A DNA stretch of 64,000 nt from NCBI RefSeq assembly GCF_037042905.1, contig NC_087251.1, forward strand, positions 16,122,001-16,186,000. Direction: 5' to 3'. Shown here piece by piece: positions 39,592-53,492 of this stretch (position 1 is its first letter; the number at the start of each line of letters is the position of its first letter). The translations under genes and the position numbers were made by a program. This DNA comes from Lytechinus pictus. Taxonomy: Eukaryota. The notes beneath the pieces were generated by a model that had not been told where the DNA came from, searched no databases, and worked only from the letters and a program-made list of their open reading frames with translations.

Positions 39592-41276
39592 ACATGAAGT
39601 AAATGAAGGGAGAAAAGACGAGACTTCCTGAAAATACAAAGACACCAGTGATATACAACTTAGCGCCCTATACAAAGTGGTACTTTGAGGGAAATGGCGT
39701 TAGCATTCGATTTCATTTTATCTCTCATATAATTCAAATTTGATTATACTTTAATTATACTCCATTCAGTATGTTGTTGCCTCATACGGGAGGGGGGCAC
39801 CCCTTCCTCCCTTCTTTACCGACTTCTGATAAAACTATATTATGGTCGTACCGTTCGACTGTACGTGGAAAGCCCACTCCTCTTCGCCAACTATGCCGCC
39901 ACATCGCGATAAGATTTCTACATCCACCCGCTCGCAACGAGGCTATAGACCTCGGTGACCAGACACTCTTCCTTGATCGCATGCAGTGAAAAGTGTCCAC
40001 TTCTATAAGCGTAAGAGACTCGAGCATGTCAACAATACCCCATTTGAATGGGGCTAAATGTCGTTACTAAACTCTCATATACCTCTCAAAAGCCTCTCAT
40101 CCTTAATATTATATCGCTTCACACCAAAGAGTAGAATGTAAAGTGTTTAGATAGTAATTATAACAAGTATTTACTCTTTTAATACTGTTCAAATTGACAA
40201 GGGACCCTTCTCGTTTTAACTTTATCGAAGTGAAGGGCTTATAAGGTGTCAATTGGGTATTTTAATGTAGGCTTCTTGTTTATAATATCTGTATGAGATG
40301 CATATTTTGGCAATCACTTCAAACAGTTTCATATCCTCTTTAAAATAGTGATCCCTGATAACGTGATTCGGGCACTCACGTTCCCAACCCAAAATAAAAC
40401 TGCTACTTGTTTTTACGATTGCGTAAAATATTGTTTTCAAAAGAACAGCATTATTATAGGCCTACATTTTCTAGCCTGCTACAATGTATGTAGACGTATA
40501 TACTTCCTTGTATTGGCATTTTATACACGAATTGTGTGATAACCATAGCATAATTTTCGATTTTAAAGAAGTAGAGTAATATATGTTGAAAAAGAGCAGT
40601 ATTGTGAGGTAAATATAGCATTAATTTCGATTTAAAAAGACAGCTAGTGTGTATTGAAATAGATTTAGTGGGGACCTCAGATGTAAAAGAAATTGAAACT
40701 GTCGCGCTGTTTTTTTTTTTGTGTCTAATCTTCATATATCATGCATTATCATTCATGCAAACTAATCTATTCATTTCATACTATATTTTCTTTTGCTCTA
40801 TATAATCATATTTGAATCCGACATAAATAGTACAAATTAATAGAACAACACTGGAAGGATGGGATTGATCTGGTTAATGAATTTATTGACTTTCTTTGAA
40901 TATAAAACTTATCATCCAAATTATATGGATACATTATTTCATACTGTTTTGTTAGTGCAAATTTCCAAATTTCTAACTTACAATTTAGATTAACAATGTT
41001 CTTCAAAACCACTAATTTAAAAAAGGTACCTTTTCAGCGGGTCAATTAATAAAACATTTCTATAAAAGATAACTAGATTCTTTCTAAAATGAATAAATTT
41101 TTTAATGACAAGCAATTATTCTCAATTCTCTTTTTTATTAAGTTCCCCTTTGACAAGGCATTTCTTCAGATTTGAAGAGATTTTTTTTGCAATATAGCTT
41201 TTCTGATATCATTCCATTTTTTACGTTTGTTTGGTCAAACTATCATCTAATATTTAGAATAACACATGACGAAGGG

Positions 41277-41504
41277 TATTATCAATATCATCACTATTGT
41301 CGTGACGATTATCATTATCACCATAATCGTCGTCACCATCATTATCATAATCATTATTGTCATTATCATTACATATTATCATTATTAGTGTTATCATTAT
41401 CATCATCATCATTATTGTTGTTATTATTATTATTATTACTACTTTTATTATTATTATCATCATTATTATTATCACTATTATTATCATTATTATTATCATC
41501 ATCA

Positions 41505-41538
<34 letters not shown>

Positions 41539-41652
41539 CATCATTATCATTATCAATAGTAGTAGTATTAGTGTTATTATCATTATTATATTATTGTTAT
41601 TATTACCATAATCATTATCATCACTACGTCATCATCTTCAATTGTTATCATT
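41277..41652. repeat. (ATT/ATC)n array
   Basis: Visible trinucleotide repeat; source of the poly-Ile and poly-Leu ORFs. Confidence 0.95.
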
Positions 41653-43212
41653 AAGATTGTTGTATTTCTATTACAGTAAATATTAGAATTTCTACTTTCT
41701 AATTTCGCCCTCCCCCCTTCTCTCTCTTTCTCTCTTCATCTACAATCCCATGTATATTGTTTTCTGTCTTTCTTTCGATTACCATGTTTATTGGTAGCTG
41801 CCCATAACATGACAGCAGCGAATCATTGATTGTGGAAACCCACATATCGATTACCCCCTGTCCATCATCCGAACCCCATCAGTGTTTACATTCCCATGCC
41901 AAAACCTCCTACTCCCCCATTCTACAGCCTTCCTCCCTGAAACAGAGGAACAGATAGATCTGGGGCGACATGGACAATCTGCAATGGGTGTGGAAGGGGG
42001 TAGAAAGATGCGACATCCCATCCTTTTGTAAAGGATGGAAGCCAGGCTCATCCCTTTTGGGGTTAATCCTTTCATAGAAACCCTTTCAGTCCTATTCATC
42101 GGGATAACCCTCGTGAAGTAGGAATGAATACCACGATGGGTACTCTGCAAGGGGGTATACAATAGGAAGGTGTTGATCAAACGCTTAACAATCCACGCTC
42201 GATTAAGCCACAACAGTCCCATATAATTTAGCCCAATTAGCAACAAAATACTCTATTTACGTGCCTCAGAACTCTGTCTTCAAACTGTTTGACACGAAGT
42301 GACAGGTCTCTTCCTATTTGCGTTACATCCTGCTGGGCCCAGCCCTTGTCCAAAAGAAGGAGGGGAAAGAATAAGATTAGGTCGAAGAGGACAATGTATT
42401 CCTATCTTCATTGGATGTATGGTTTGATGACATACATGCACGTGTATCCGTCCAGTCTAATGTGCCGTATTGTCACGCCATTTCTTCATAACATAGTATC
42501 ACTGTATAATGATCATAATAGCGGTTTCTAAAGAACTACTTACAAATACCATATCAATGGATCCTTGCACACCTGTGCGATGGCCTTATAAAAGCAGAAT
42601 GCCCACCGATTATTTATCAATGAATGTTCATTGTGCGTTGACTATAATTTGGTCATTACTTCGCATATTTTATTGACAGGCACATAATGTAAGACGTCAT
42701 GGGTTTTCCCAAAAGATGGTCAAACGTTGATATGTACTTTCTAAAAGTTCACTTGACCTCGACGTGTTGGACAATAGAACCCGTAGAAATGCTCTACGAA
42801 TATGCATAAAATATGGATGCCCATTTTGTTTGTCAGATCTTTTTTTAAAGATATAATAACATTTTTTTGTGGCGATCACCCATTTCTTTCTACTTTTTTT
42901 TGCTTGTCATTTTTGTATGACATCAATAAAATGTTATGGTCAGCTATAACTTCCTAACGAATATTACATGAATGATATGTTTATCATAATTATAGATATA
43001 TATATATCATCAAAACCAACATATTCTATAAAACAACATCCATGTTGTCATGAGATATTGCAAGGTCACTATGACAATTTTTTTTAAATGTAGTACATGA
43101 CTGTATTTATAAAGATTAAAGATGCAAGGTAAAATTATCATGTTCATTTGATAAATAAGAAGTTACATAGAAGAGATCATTGCTTAACTTGATTCGTATA
43201 GGCCTATATAAT

Positions 43213-43702
43213 TGGTTACACTTCGTAATTTCGAAGGTTCTTTATTCCGACGGTTCGTAATTCCGAAACACGTAAATTGCCTATACCTCGATGTTCGTTA
43301 ATCCGAAAACGTAAAAGGGTTCGTTAATCCGAACATTTGTGGCGTTATTCCGAAGGTTCGTTATTCCGAAGGTTCGATAATCCGAAAACGAAATAAGGTT
43401 CGATGTTCCGAAGGTTCGTTAATCCGAAAACGAAATAAGATTCGTTGTTCCGAAGGTCCGTTAGTCCGAAAACGAAATATGGTTCGTTAATCATTAGTTT
43501 TCGGACTAACGAACCTTCGGAATTACGAACCTCACTTCGTTTTCGGACTAACGAACCTTCGGAATTACGAATCTCATTTCGTTTTCGGACTAACGAACCT
43601 TCGGAATTACGAACCTTCGGAAATACGGACCTTCGGAATAACGAACCTTCGGAATATCCGAACCTTCGGAATAACGAAGCTTAGGAATTACGAATGTATG
43701 CG
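43213..43702. mobile_element. Foldback-like element built of inverted arrays of a ~16-bp unit (TTCCGAAGGTTCGTTA)
   Basis: The left arm repeats ttccgaaggttcg and the right arm repeats cgaaccttcggaa. Flanked by the direct repeat ATATAAT (43206-43212, 43703-43709). Confidence 0.85.
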
Positions 43703-45344
43703 ATATAATGATATCAGTTCCCGGTTTTAGAAATAATTATAAATGACGACAAAGATAAAGGACAAAATACTAACCCCCACTTGTCTTGGTATTGGTGAAA
43801 TTAATGATTTGGGAACTGGATTAGAATAAGGGTAGGTGTAGACCTACATGCCAGTAGGTGATGAAGATGTGTAGTCATCAACTCCTTAAAAAGAGACGAC
43901 ATTATGATAATAACGAGTCATACAAATTCATATAATTTTTATTTCAGTGTTTGAACATTTCATAATCCAACCATTAATATTTCCCTACTCAAAAGTAAAC
44001 TGTTCTCCGTTTCAAACCTGTAAGTCCAGATGATCAGATTGATTTCTATTCGTAATCAAAAGTAAACTGTTTTACTATTGATATAACATTGCAAAAATAT
44101 CATCTCTATAAGCTTTCATGTCTGATATTTTTTTTCTGTAATGTGTATTTCCTCAGTAATGATTAGTAAATCAATTTCATTTCGATATAGGCCAATCTAT
44201 ATCCATGTCAGAAACTCGTCACTTAAAAAAAAACTAATGTAATGTGCTCTATATTTTCTACGATTCTTCTTTCCTCGCTAATAATGATTAGTAATTATAT
44301 TTAGTAATATAGACCATGCAATTTCATATCTATTTTAGAAACTTGTTACTTTTAACAAGTTTTGATATCTCTTTTTGTTCAATTTTCCAATCGTTTAATC
44401 ATTTAACGCTTCTTAATAAAACGAATGCACATGTGCGTGTACCTTTTTATTTTCTTAAAAACAATATATTATTCATATTAAGAATTTTAATATTGTAAAA
44501 TATTCGAATCTAGGGTTGAACTTCAACTCCCCTTGATCAGTTCTGTTTATTTTTCTTATTATAATTTCTTATGTCAAAATGAAATAGATTTTTACTCTCG
44601 ATGTATATAGTTTTATATTACACATTGAACACCTCCACAGTTCCGCTTTCACATTATACAAATAGCTGACCTATAACTCGGAAAGTAAATGGAATTTATT
44701 TTCTTTGCTCTGATCTGACGACATTTAGCCTCGCGAGTGCACCTTCTCCGTATATATTCACTTTCATACCAGTGAAATCACATCCCTATCCTATATACAT
44801 AATGTCTCCCTAGAGGGTCTTCATCACAAACTGATGACCAATGATGATTGAGTTTCTTTCATTTCCTTTATCAAACTTCCCTTCTTTTTTAAACCAGCGG
44901 GTGGCTCAACCGGTATAGGAGAAATGGGTACACTCTTGTCCCCCCTTGCTTCTTTCTCCCATACTTGTGTTCCAATCCGAGCGGAACACGGGTCTACCTG
45001 TCGGCCCGAGCTGACGGCGTAAGCCCGGTTCAGTTTCGTGACGGTACTCGAGCAGCGCGAACAAATTGACTTGGTAAACAAAAAGCGGTTTGCGCCCTTC
45101 TATGGAGTAGCCCTTTTTTCATCCATCCTTTATTTTCCATCTTGATGCGATCGACCAACCTCTTCATACAATCTTTCAATTTGCACAATCTTAATGTTTC
45201 TTCTGGAAAGGATGGATTCTTAATCCTGATGTTGTTCAGGAAGCCATCGCTGGTTGGAATCTACCATCTAATTTGCCATTATATTGATCCATTTCCTGAC
45301 AATTTCCTCCCCGCATCACCTCATAGCTGTCATGCGGGTAAGAG

Positions 45345-46390
45345 ATAGGGTGGGAGAGAGAAAGAGAGAGAGAGAGAGGGGAAGGGGGGGGGGGGGTTGG
45401 AAGCGGGGGAGAGAGTGGAAAACGAAACAATAAGCGAGATAAAACATGAGGTAGTCGGATATTTCTAACTACAGAAAACAAATAGAAAGAATAGAATGAA
45501 AGGGGAAGAAATAGACAAGATAAGATTATAAGAAATGAAAAGTAATATAAGAAGGAAGTGATGGTGAAGACGGGAGGCAAAGTATTTCTGTGAGTCCATG
45601 GGTAAGGGTGAGTGTGGGTCTGTATGTGAGAGGGGGAAAGAGAAACAAAAACATAATAAAATGGGAAGGTAGTAGGCCTATAAAATGAAAATGTAGAGTA
45701 TGGGAAATGTACTATAAGGTGAAGGCGGTTGATAGAGGGTGGGTGGGTGAGTGAAGGTTAGTTTGGGTGGCGTGTGTAAGAGGGAGAGATGGAAAGAGAG
45801 AGAAATGGGAAAGATGATAGGCCTAAAATGGGGGAAAATGGAAAGTACGCTACAGAGGGCGAAGAGAGTGATATGGTGCAGTGGATGAGTGAGTGTGTGT
45901 GTGCGGGTATGGCATGTAAGAGAGAAGGAATGAAATAAGAAAAGAAAGAGAAAGAATTAAAGAAACGGAGATACAGTACTCAAGAAGAGAGGCCGGGGGA
46001 ATTGCTCTTTATCGAGGATGGGGATAAGATGTGAGTCGGTATAATTATGTGGGTGTGTGAGGATGTGGTCTGTGTGTACAGAGAGAGGACGAGAATGAAA
46101 AGGGGAAAGAGCAGAAAATGAATGAAGAGATAATATGAAGAATTAAAAGATGAAGAAAAAGTGCAGTATATAGGGTGGAGACGGGAGTGAGTGGGTGGGT
46201 GGGGGTGATGAGGGTGTGTGTGTGTGTGACAGATAGAGGGATAGGATAAGAAAAGAAAAAAGATAGAAATGGAAGAGAAAGTACAAAAGAGAAGGGAATG
46301 GTGAAGAACAAACACGCTAGGTGGAAGAGATGGTAGATATAAGGAGTGCTTTGTGGGTGTGGGTGAGGGTGAGTGAGTAGAGACCTGGGA
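45345..46390. repeat. Purine-rich low-complexity tract with recurring GGGTGAGTGTG blocks
   Basis: About 1 kb nearly devoid of C on the + strand, with alternating GA-rich and GT-rich blocks. Confidence 0.8.
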
Positions 46391-47798
46391 GAAAACGCAT
46401 TATTTTTTTATATCGCACAGAAAATTGAACCAAGCCATGCAACCAATCCACCTTCCCTTTTTAAATGACAAATGGGGCAAACTATTGATTACATCACCAT
46501 TGTCACAAAACTATAAAAATTGACATTTACATTTACACGATTGAAGGAAATTCAACCTGATGCCATAGACATCAATTTTGCTATTCCTATAACAACTTTG
46601 AAAATAATGTATGAAAAATAATTATGTTAGTCGTTGAAAATGCTATTGTAGAAATATATAACTGGTTTCTTAACTTCATAGTAGCCTGTGTAAGTGATAA
46701 TAAATTGATAATATGAGTGGCCTTTATTATATCAATCATTGTAATGCAAGTGTATGTTTAGATATAGACCATTCTTGTGGGCACCAATGTACACAATCAA
46801 TGAATACCCTTCAACTCGTTAACGGCATTGATAGCATTGTCAATCCCGGGTACCAACCCCCTTTCAGATTCCTTAACACGATCATAACCCCACCAATCCC
46901 AAAGACTCTATTCATCCCCAGACGTCACTCAATGTCATCCTCACTATCTACTAACCTCTTTGGCATTTGAGGTAACAGAAGAAAATGGGTAGGAAGAAAG
47001 GGAAGTGTATCTGCACAAAAACGATTTAAAGTCATTACGAATTTCTTTTGACTGCGTGTAACGGCGGGGGTGACGTCACGCTGCGTCCGGATAAAGGGCA
47101 GCGCACGATCGCGCAGTAAGAACACCTAACCAAATCGCACGAAGCTAAATTGGTGGATTGTTTTCAGTCTATGGAGAATATATCATGTCCGATGGCAACT
47201 CGAAAAGAGAAATCAATGGCATTTAGTTTGATTATATCATACAATGTTTATAACTTGAAGGGTTCTCACGATGCTCATCATGTCAATGGTATAATAGGAT
47301 TTTGAATGATGTTGACTGGCAGGAATTATTGGGCTTAAACGACCTACGGTCTTTTGAAATAAGAATTATACGCCACGTAGATACACGACGAGGATAGGGT
47401 CGGAAATATAAGTTTGACGTCAAATAAAATCAATGTATAAAATATGTATAAAGTTTAATATATTTTTAGAAACACGTTCATTTGTACGTGCCTATAGGTC
47501 CACAGTATTCAATATGATTGATATTGATCTGATATTGATTAATCAAAATCTTTTCGTTGGTCCCCCATGTTACTTATTAACATGGCATTTGCTATATTTG
47601 ACATATAGTATTAAGATGGAATCAATTGGTCTTTTATTATGTAATTGGAAGATATATATATATATTAATAACAAACTCGCCGTGACAAGCTCTTTACATT
47701 TTGGGATGTTTTGTTTTTCTTTCACTATCTTATTTTATAATTTGTTATTCTAGCTTCAGAATGATGTGATACATTGATTTGTTTCAATACTTGATAAC

Positions 47799-47880
47799 TG
47801 AGAGATAGATAGATAGATAGATAGGTGGATAGATAAAAAGATAGATAAATAGATAGATAGATAGTGGATAGATAGATAGA
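47799..47880. repeat. (GATA)n microsatellite
   Basis: Visible imperfect tetranucleotide repeat. Confidence 0.92.
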
Positions 47881-50800
47881 GGAAAAACAAGCAATTAAGA
47901 AGTTGTAGGTAAATAAATTGATAGATTTTTATAATTTTTTGATTTAAATATTCCCACAATAAACTGAATTCTGTAATTTTTCATCACAATATGGGCAAAG
48001 GAAAGGAGCATAACACCCAGGACACAATCAGTAATTTCTGTCTGCTCGCATCCGTGTAACGTTATAATGTACAGATAGAAACGATAAAAAAATCCGCCTA
48101 GTAAACCACATATACTGTACTAGACATCATCCTCACTCTAAAGTTGACGTAATCTGTGCATGTAATAATAATTTTTTATAATCATACACAAATTGTTATT
48201 TGATGACAAATTAGTCTCCTGTCTGTAACGATGCAACTATTATGTCAACATGAAATAAAGATGAAGAAACGTATCGCAAAAATATAAAACAAAGGTTTAT
48301 CTAATCAAAATCATGTTAATTTTCTTATTTATCATCATGGTTGACATTGTCTCATGCCTTTTGTCAAAATAAACATGATAAATATAGCTTTGGGGAGTCT
48401 CATTTGTATCCTATCATGTCTCCCCACACCCTCCTCTCTCTCTCTTCCTCTCTTTCGCACTCTCTTGTCTGAAAAATAATCCTTTATAAGTCATGCGTTA
48501 TGGTTATTATAGAGATCCCAATCAGTTATCGGGGCAGCACTATTCCTACCGTACATGGCGTTTTCATTTGAGTTGAAATCCATAGATTGCCTCGGCGATA
48601 CCGTTACGTAATCAATATTAGACGGGCAAATGGAAATTAATGCGAGAGATAGGATAGCAACGACAATAATATGGCCATGAAAACCTCATTTAGCGAAAAT
48701 GTTTCACTCATGATTCTTGGATTTCTATTTTAAAAAGATCTTTTCGATAAAATACCCCGATTGGCTCATTATTGTGGCGTCTGCGTAATGTTGCTTGAAA
48801 TATCTGTTTCATCTGTTGATCGAATGACGCTTTTGTCGATGATGATTGTTGTTACTTGCAAAAAATGGTCAGGATTCGAATAATGGCTTCATATTTATTA
48901 TAATATTAGATGCCATATTACTGCCGAAGCCGAGTGTTTGATATCTCTCAGGGGATCTTATACAGGGAATATACAACCCTATGGATGCGTTTTACAGACC
49001 CTCTTTCATTGAAAATCACTACTGTCTCTTAGAAAATCAGATATAAGGATTGTAATAGCTTATGACAGCTATCAATGAAAATAAACTAAAGGTGAAGTGA
49101 TCACATCAAGACACAAAGCCAATTATTATCCTTCATCCCAAGAAAATATAAAATTAAGAATATATCTTTAAAAAAATCAACATGATATCATTATCCCGCC
49201 CTTTCATCTTCGTAATACCTAGAAAAATATCCAAGCACAATGATTATTTTGGGGAGTGAATTAATTTCTTTAAAAAAAACCTATGAAAACAGTTATTTAC
49301 ATATAAAGAAGAAGAAGGCAATAATTGTTAAAATTGACGGATATGCCCGAAAAAAACCCCACAAAATAAAGAAGCATACTATTTATTGACAAGTCATGGA
49401 TGGACATTCTATTCATGCAAGATCGTATTGTGATCATACTCACATCGAAATCGATAACGAATTAATTGATTAAAATGATTGGTCAACAGAGCTTCAGCTT
49501 AAAAATATGAAACATCATAAATGCGGAATATACTATTGACATTTTCAAAGGTGCGTCAGCACATTAAACAAGATAATTATACTTCTTTTTCTCACTGAAT
49601 TAGTTTTTGCTGGTTATAGAGTTTATCTGGTAAAAGCACATAACGTTTTCTGATCGTCTCACTCAACTATCATCACAAACGCCATAACCTCATATTCATT
49701 TTGTTCACAAAACGCATATACACCTCGTTATCTTCATTTCGAATATCAAGCTTATGAAACTATTTATGAATTATATTGAAATTGAAAGTGCACCAATAAA
49801 TTGATCTTGCTTAAAACAAGAATGAAGGAGCCAAAAACTTTTCCAATTTCGAATTTGCGCAATTAGCCCTCCAAAATCAAAGCTCTCGTAACTATATACT
49901 TTTTGTTAGATCATGATTTTATAAGGGAGTGATTCGAAGAAAAAAAATACTGTGCAACTTTGTGTTAGTCGATGGGAACTATTCACCTAGAGAACGGAAA
50001 ATGTTAATCCGCTGACTATGTAGCTCGCGGGTATATGGCGTTTTCTCTGCCATTTCGATAAGACCAACCAAGGTCGAAAATTTCAAATTTTCTCGTGAAA
50101 TTGTCTCATTTTCTTTACCCAGTGTATCCTTTTGTTTGTGAAGTGTTAATTGGAGAGCGATAGAGTAGTGAAGTATATATAATCAGCTAAATCAATGTCT
50201 AGTTTGCTCTCATCGACCACTTCACATAAAAACTCTTGAATTGCATCCTTTTCCTCTTCTCTTCACAAGATAGGAAGCTCGTCAAATGAAGGTAAAAGGA
50301 TCTGCCTTTGCACTCACGGAGTTGGTTCAAGCTTACTATAGAAGTTCCTATTCTATCTTTCGAGTACCGTTGTAATGATACTTGAAAATGATGAAGCAGA
50401 ACAAGCCAGCTAGCTTGGATATTGCCCCCCCCCCCTCCCCCACTGCATAACATTGGTCATAGGTTACATCAGATGGCGCTATAATAATTCCAAGACAAGA
50501 TTTCGAGGCAAGGTTCGAGACTGCAGTAATAATGCACGCATTGATTACGTTGATTTAGAACACGAGTTTGGTGAGATGTTTGAATAGAGCCAAATGCTCT
50601 ATTAAATTGTTATGCCATTGAGAAGCTATGAATTGTTTTTAGAGTTTTTATCTTGTTATCTTATTAATATTCGTCAAACAGAGAATTAAAAAATATTATA
50701 CTGATTGTCAATGCCATCAAAACAAACTATAAGTACGTTACCTTTGATTGCTTCCAACCCCAAGAATATATCAACTTGAACTTGCTCAATAACCAAAATC

Positions 50801-53250
50801 ATTCACAGAATAACTTAAATGTGCTGTAATACTAAACTAAAAGTTTGCTTTGTAATCTGCCAGACGCGCAAGATGTAAAATTACCAAAATAATAATAATA
50901 ATTTCAATTATTGCTGATTGAAATCGGGCTACTGGAAGCTTGATCATGTTGATCGCTGTCTAATAATCTTCATCTGTAATCAAATCTTCGAAATATTATC
51001 TTTTCGCTATTTCATAGATTGTTGAATACATGCAATAAACTTGTGAAAACTGATCTCTTTATTGATATTCAGTGAGAGTGGAAAAAGGAGAAATTGGTCA
51101 AAGAATACATTAACGACGGAGTGAACGTGAAAATGGTGAAAGATGAATACCTGCTCTAGTTGGAAGATCATTCGGTATGCAGACAACCATTATTAGAGTT
51201 GTAATTCGTGTTTTTTTCCCCCTCAAGCATGTCATGAGGCTATCTATCACCATGCAGCCCGCGGAGGGAAAAAAGAGCGAAGGGCCCGGTTGCGACACAC
51301 GATTGAGGGCCGGTGGCGGCCGGTACGAGCACCGCTCGACACGCTGTACCCTAGCGGCTACTTGCGACTCCCTCGTGTAATTGAGACTTTATAGAGCCCG
51401 CATATTTCTGAGAGAATGCAAATCACTGATGACAATGCTTACAAACGGCATGTAAGGCAGGGGAGAGACGGAGAGGAATGAAGAAGGAAAATATTAAAAG
51501 TGAAAAGACAGAGAAGAAGTTGATAGAGATAGGAAGATGATTGGAAGGCTAAAAGAAAAGAGAATGAGAGATAAATGGTGGGGGGGGGGGGGAGATCAAG
51601 AAACCACTGATCTTTTGTTTCTTATACTTTAGATCTACAGTCCTATAAGCTTTTACATGCAAAATATAAATGTTATATTTCACATGGCGGTTAATATACT
51701 TGTGTTTCTAAGCGCTTTGATTACTAATCTGCTAATGCAACATGAAATACTTATTATCATCATTATTAACCATATTTTCATTATAAGCATACTAAGGAAG
51801 CCGACACGACGTAGCGCAGGGGAAATGTAAATTCTAAAATGCTTACCCATTTGTGTTCATTTCATATAGAAAATGAAAGAAATGTCTGAAAAGTGCTTGA
51901 ACAATGTTATTACATACAAAGCTCATATCTTGGCTTCCATGATAATAGGCTTATACGTATATATAAGTGTGTGTGTGTATGTGTGAATTATGTACATGAA
52001 AGTTTACATAAAATATTTATATAAAGTCTACAATGAAAAAAAAACATAAAAAGCGTAGGCATATGAGAACTGAAATATTAAGAAGAGCGAATCACATATT
52101 TTCCCACCCTTTTTCAAAATAAGGGTTCGATCGCCCGGAGGCGCCAATCTTGCGTGTATTACAATCGACGATGAGACCAAATGCATATCTTCCACCTCCG
52201 GGTATATATATTCCACTTTCTCATACACACAGCGGACTTTAATAATCCGATCCGTCTATCTCAACAGACTCTTTTCAATTAAATGTTTTTCAAGTTAAGG
52301 TTGCTCACACGGTTTTGTATATTCGGAGAAATTAATTATAAATCATGGATATGATAATTCGACTTAAAAATTGATTTTGCTTGTCAAATGCAATGCATGT
52401 ATTTTCCCACTGGAGCAAGCATGCATGCATGGGAAACCAAAAAAGAAACCAAGACGGTAAAACGAAAATACTTTAGATGTAAAATCAGTATTTAATCATA
52501 TTCTTTACAGCTATCTACATTAATTCAACACAAACAACAAAATACAAATTTTCATCACTTACGATAATTCACAATATCATTTACCAAGCAAACGTGTAAG
52601 TTATTTTTGTCTGTTTTGAATAAGGTCTATATACGCAATTGCATATTCTCTTCTATAATGGAGTAATGTTTTGTAGATGACTGAAATAATAATGAAATAA
52701 TTTAAGGGACCGCATAGAGTCTACTTTCCCTTGTAAATAAAAATATTCCTTTTTAAATGAATACATTGTAGAGACAGTTGTTTGTTGGTAAGTATTTTGT
52801 TTGTTTCACCTTTATATTTATCAAGCTATATACATGTTGTTGTTTTTCACTGGACTATATCGCAGAAAAAAGGCTATTCACGTGATATTATATATTAATT
52901 TTGACGACAGAATCCAATATCATATATATCAATATCAACATTACAAAAACATATTACAAACACATTACAAAGTATTCAATTCGACCGATTTCTTTAAAAA
53001 TCAAAAATAATCTAATATTGTGAATATCGAAGAGAAAAGGCACTAAAGGCTAACTTTTTCTTAGAAAGAGGTTTGAGTTGATGCCACACAGACTTGACGT
53101 GATGTCCTATAATGTATTTATTTATTGTAAGATTGTTTTCAGCATGATTCTACTGACAACCCCCCCCCCCCCCAAGATAGAGAAGACACAGTAACTTAGA
53201 TGCTACAACTACTACAGGAAGTCAGGAATATTAGTATCATTGATTGAACA

Positions 53251-53492
53251 CACTGCAAAAACTCTGGTGTTGATTTAACACCGGCCCGGAATCTATATAT
53301 GTCCACACCAGAAAATTATTGAAACAACACCAGTTTGGAATCAAACCGATGCTGTTTTTAATACCAATTGGTGTTGTATAAACACCTATCTGGTGTTAGA
53401 CTAAACGAAACTGGTGTTCTTTAACACTTCTCTGGTGTGGACATATTCAGATTCCGGGCTGGTGTTAAATCAACACCGGAGTTTTTGCAGTG
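53251..53492. mobile_element. CACTG-ended palindromic MITE with 2-bp TSD (EnSpm/CMC-like), 242 bp
   Basis: CA-CACTGCAAAAACTCTGGTGTTGATTTAACACC...GGTGTTAAATCAACACCGGAGTTTTTGCAGTG-CA; inverted arms of about 85 bp. Confidence 0.92.

Noticed and set aside
41172..41654. Poly-Ile, poly-Leu and His-rich ORFs (also 37394-38005 and 17735-18095)
   Set aside because: Simple trinucleotide repeats.
43213..43702. CRISPR-like appearance of repeated units
   Set aside because: No unique spacers, the units invert mid-element, there are no cas genes and the context is eukaryotic; it is a foldback transposon.
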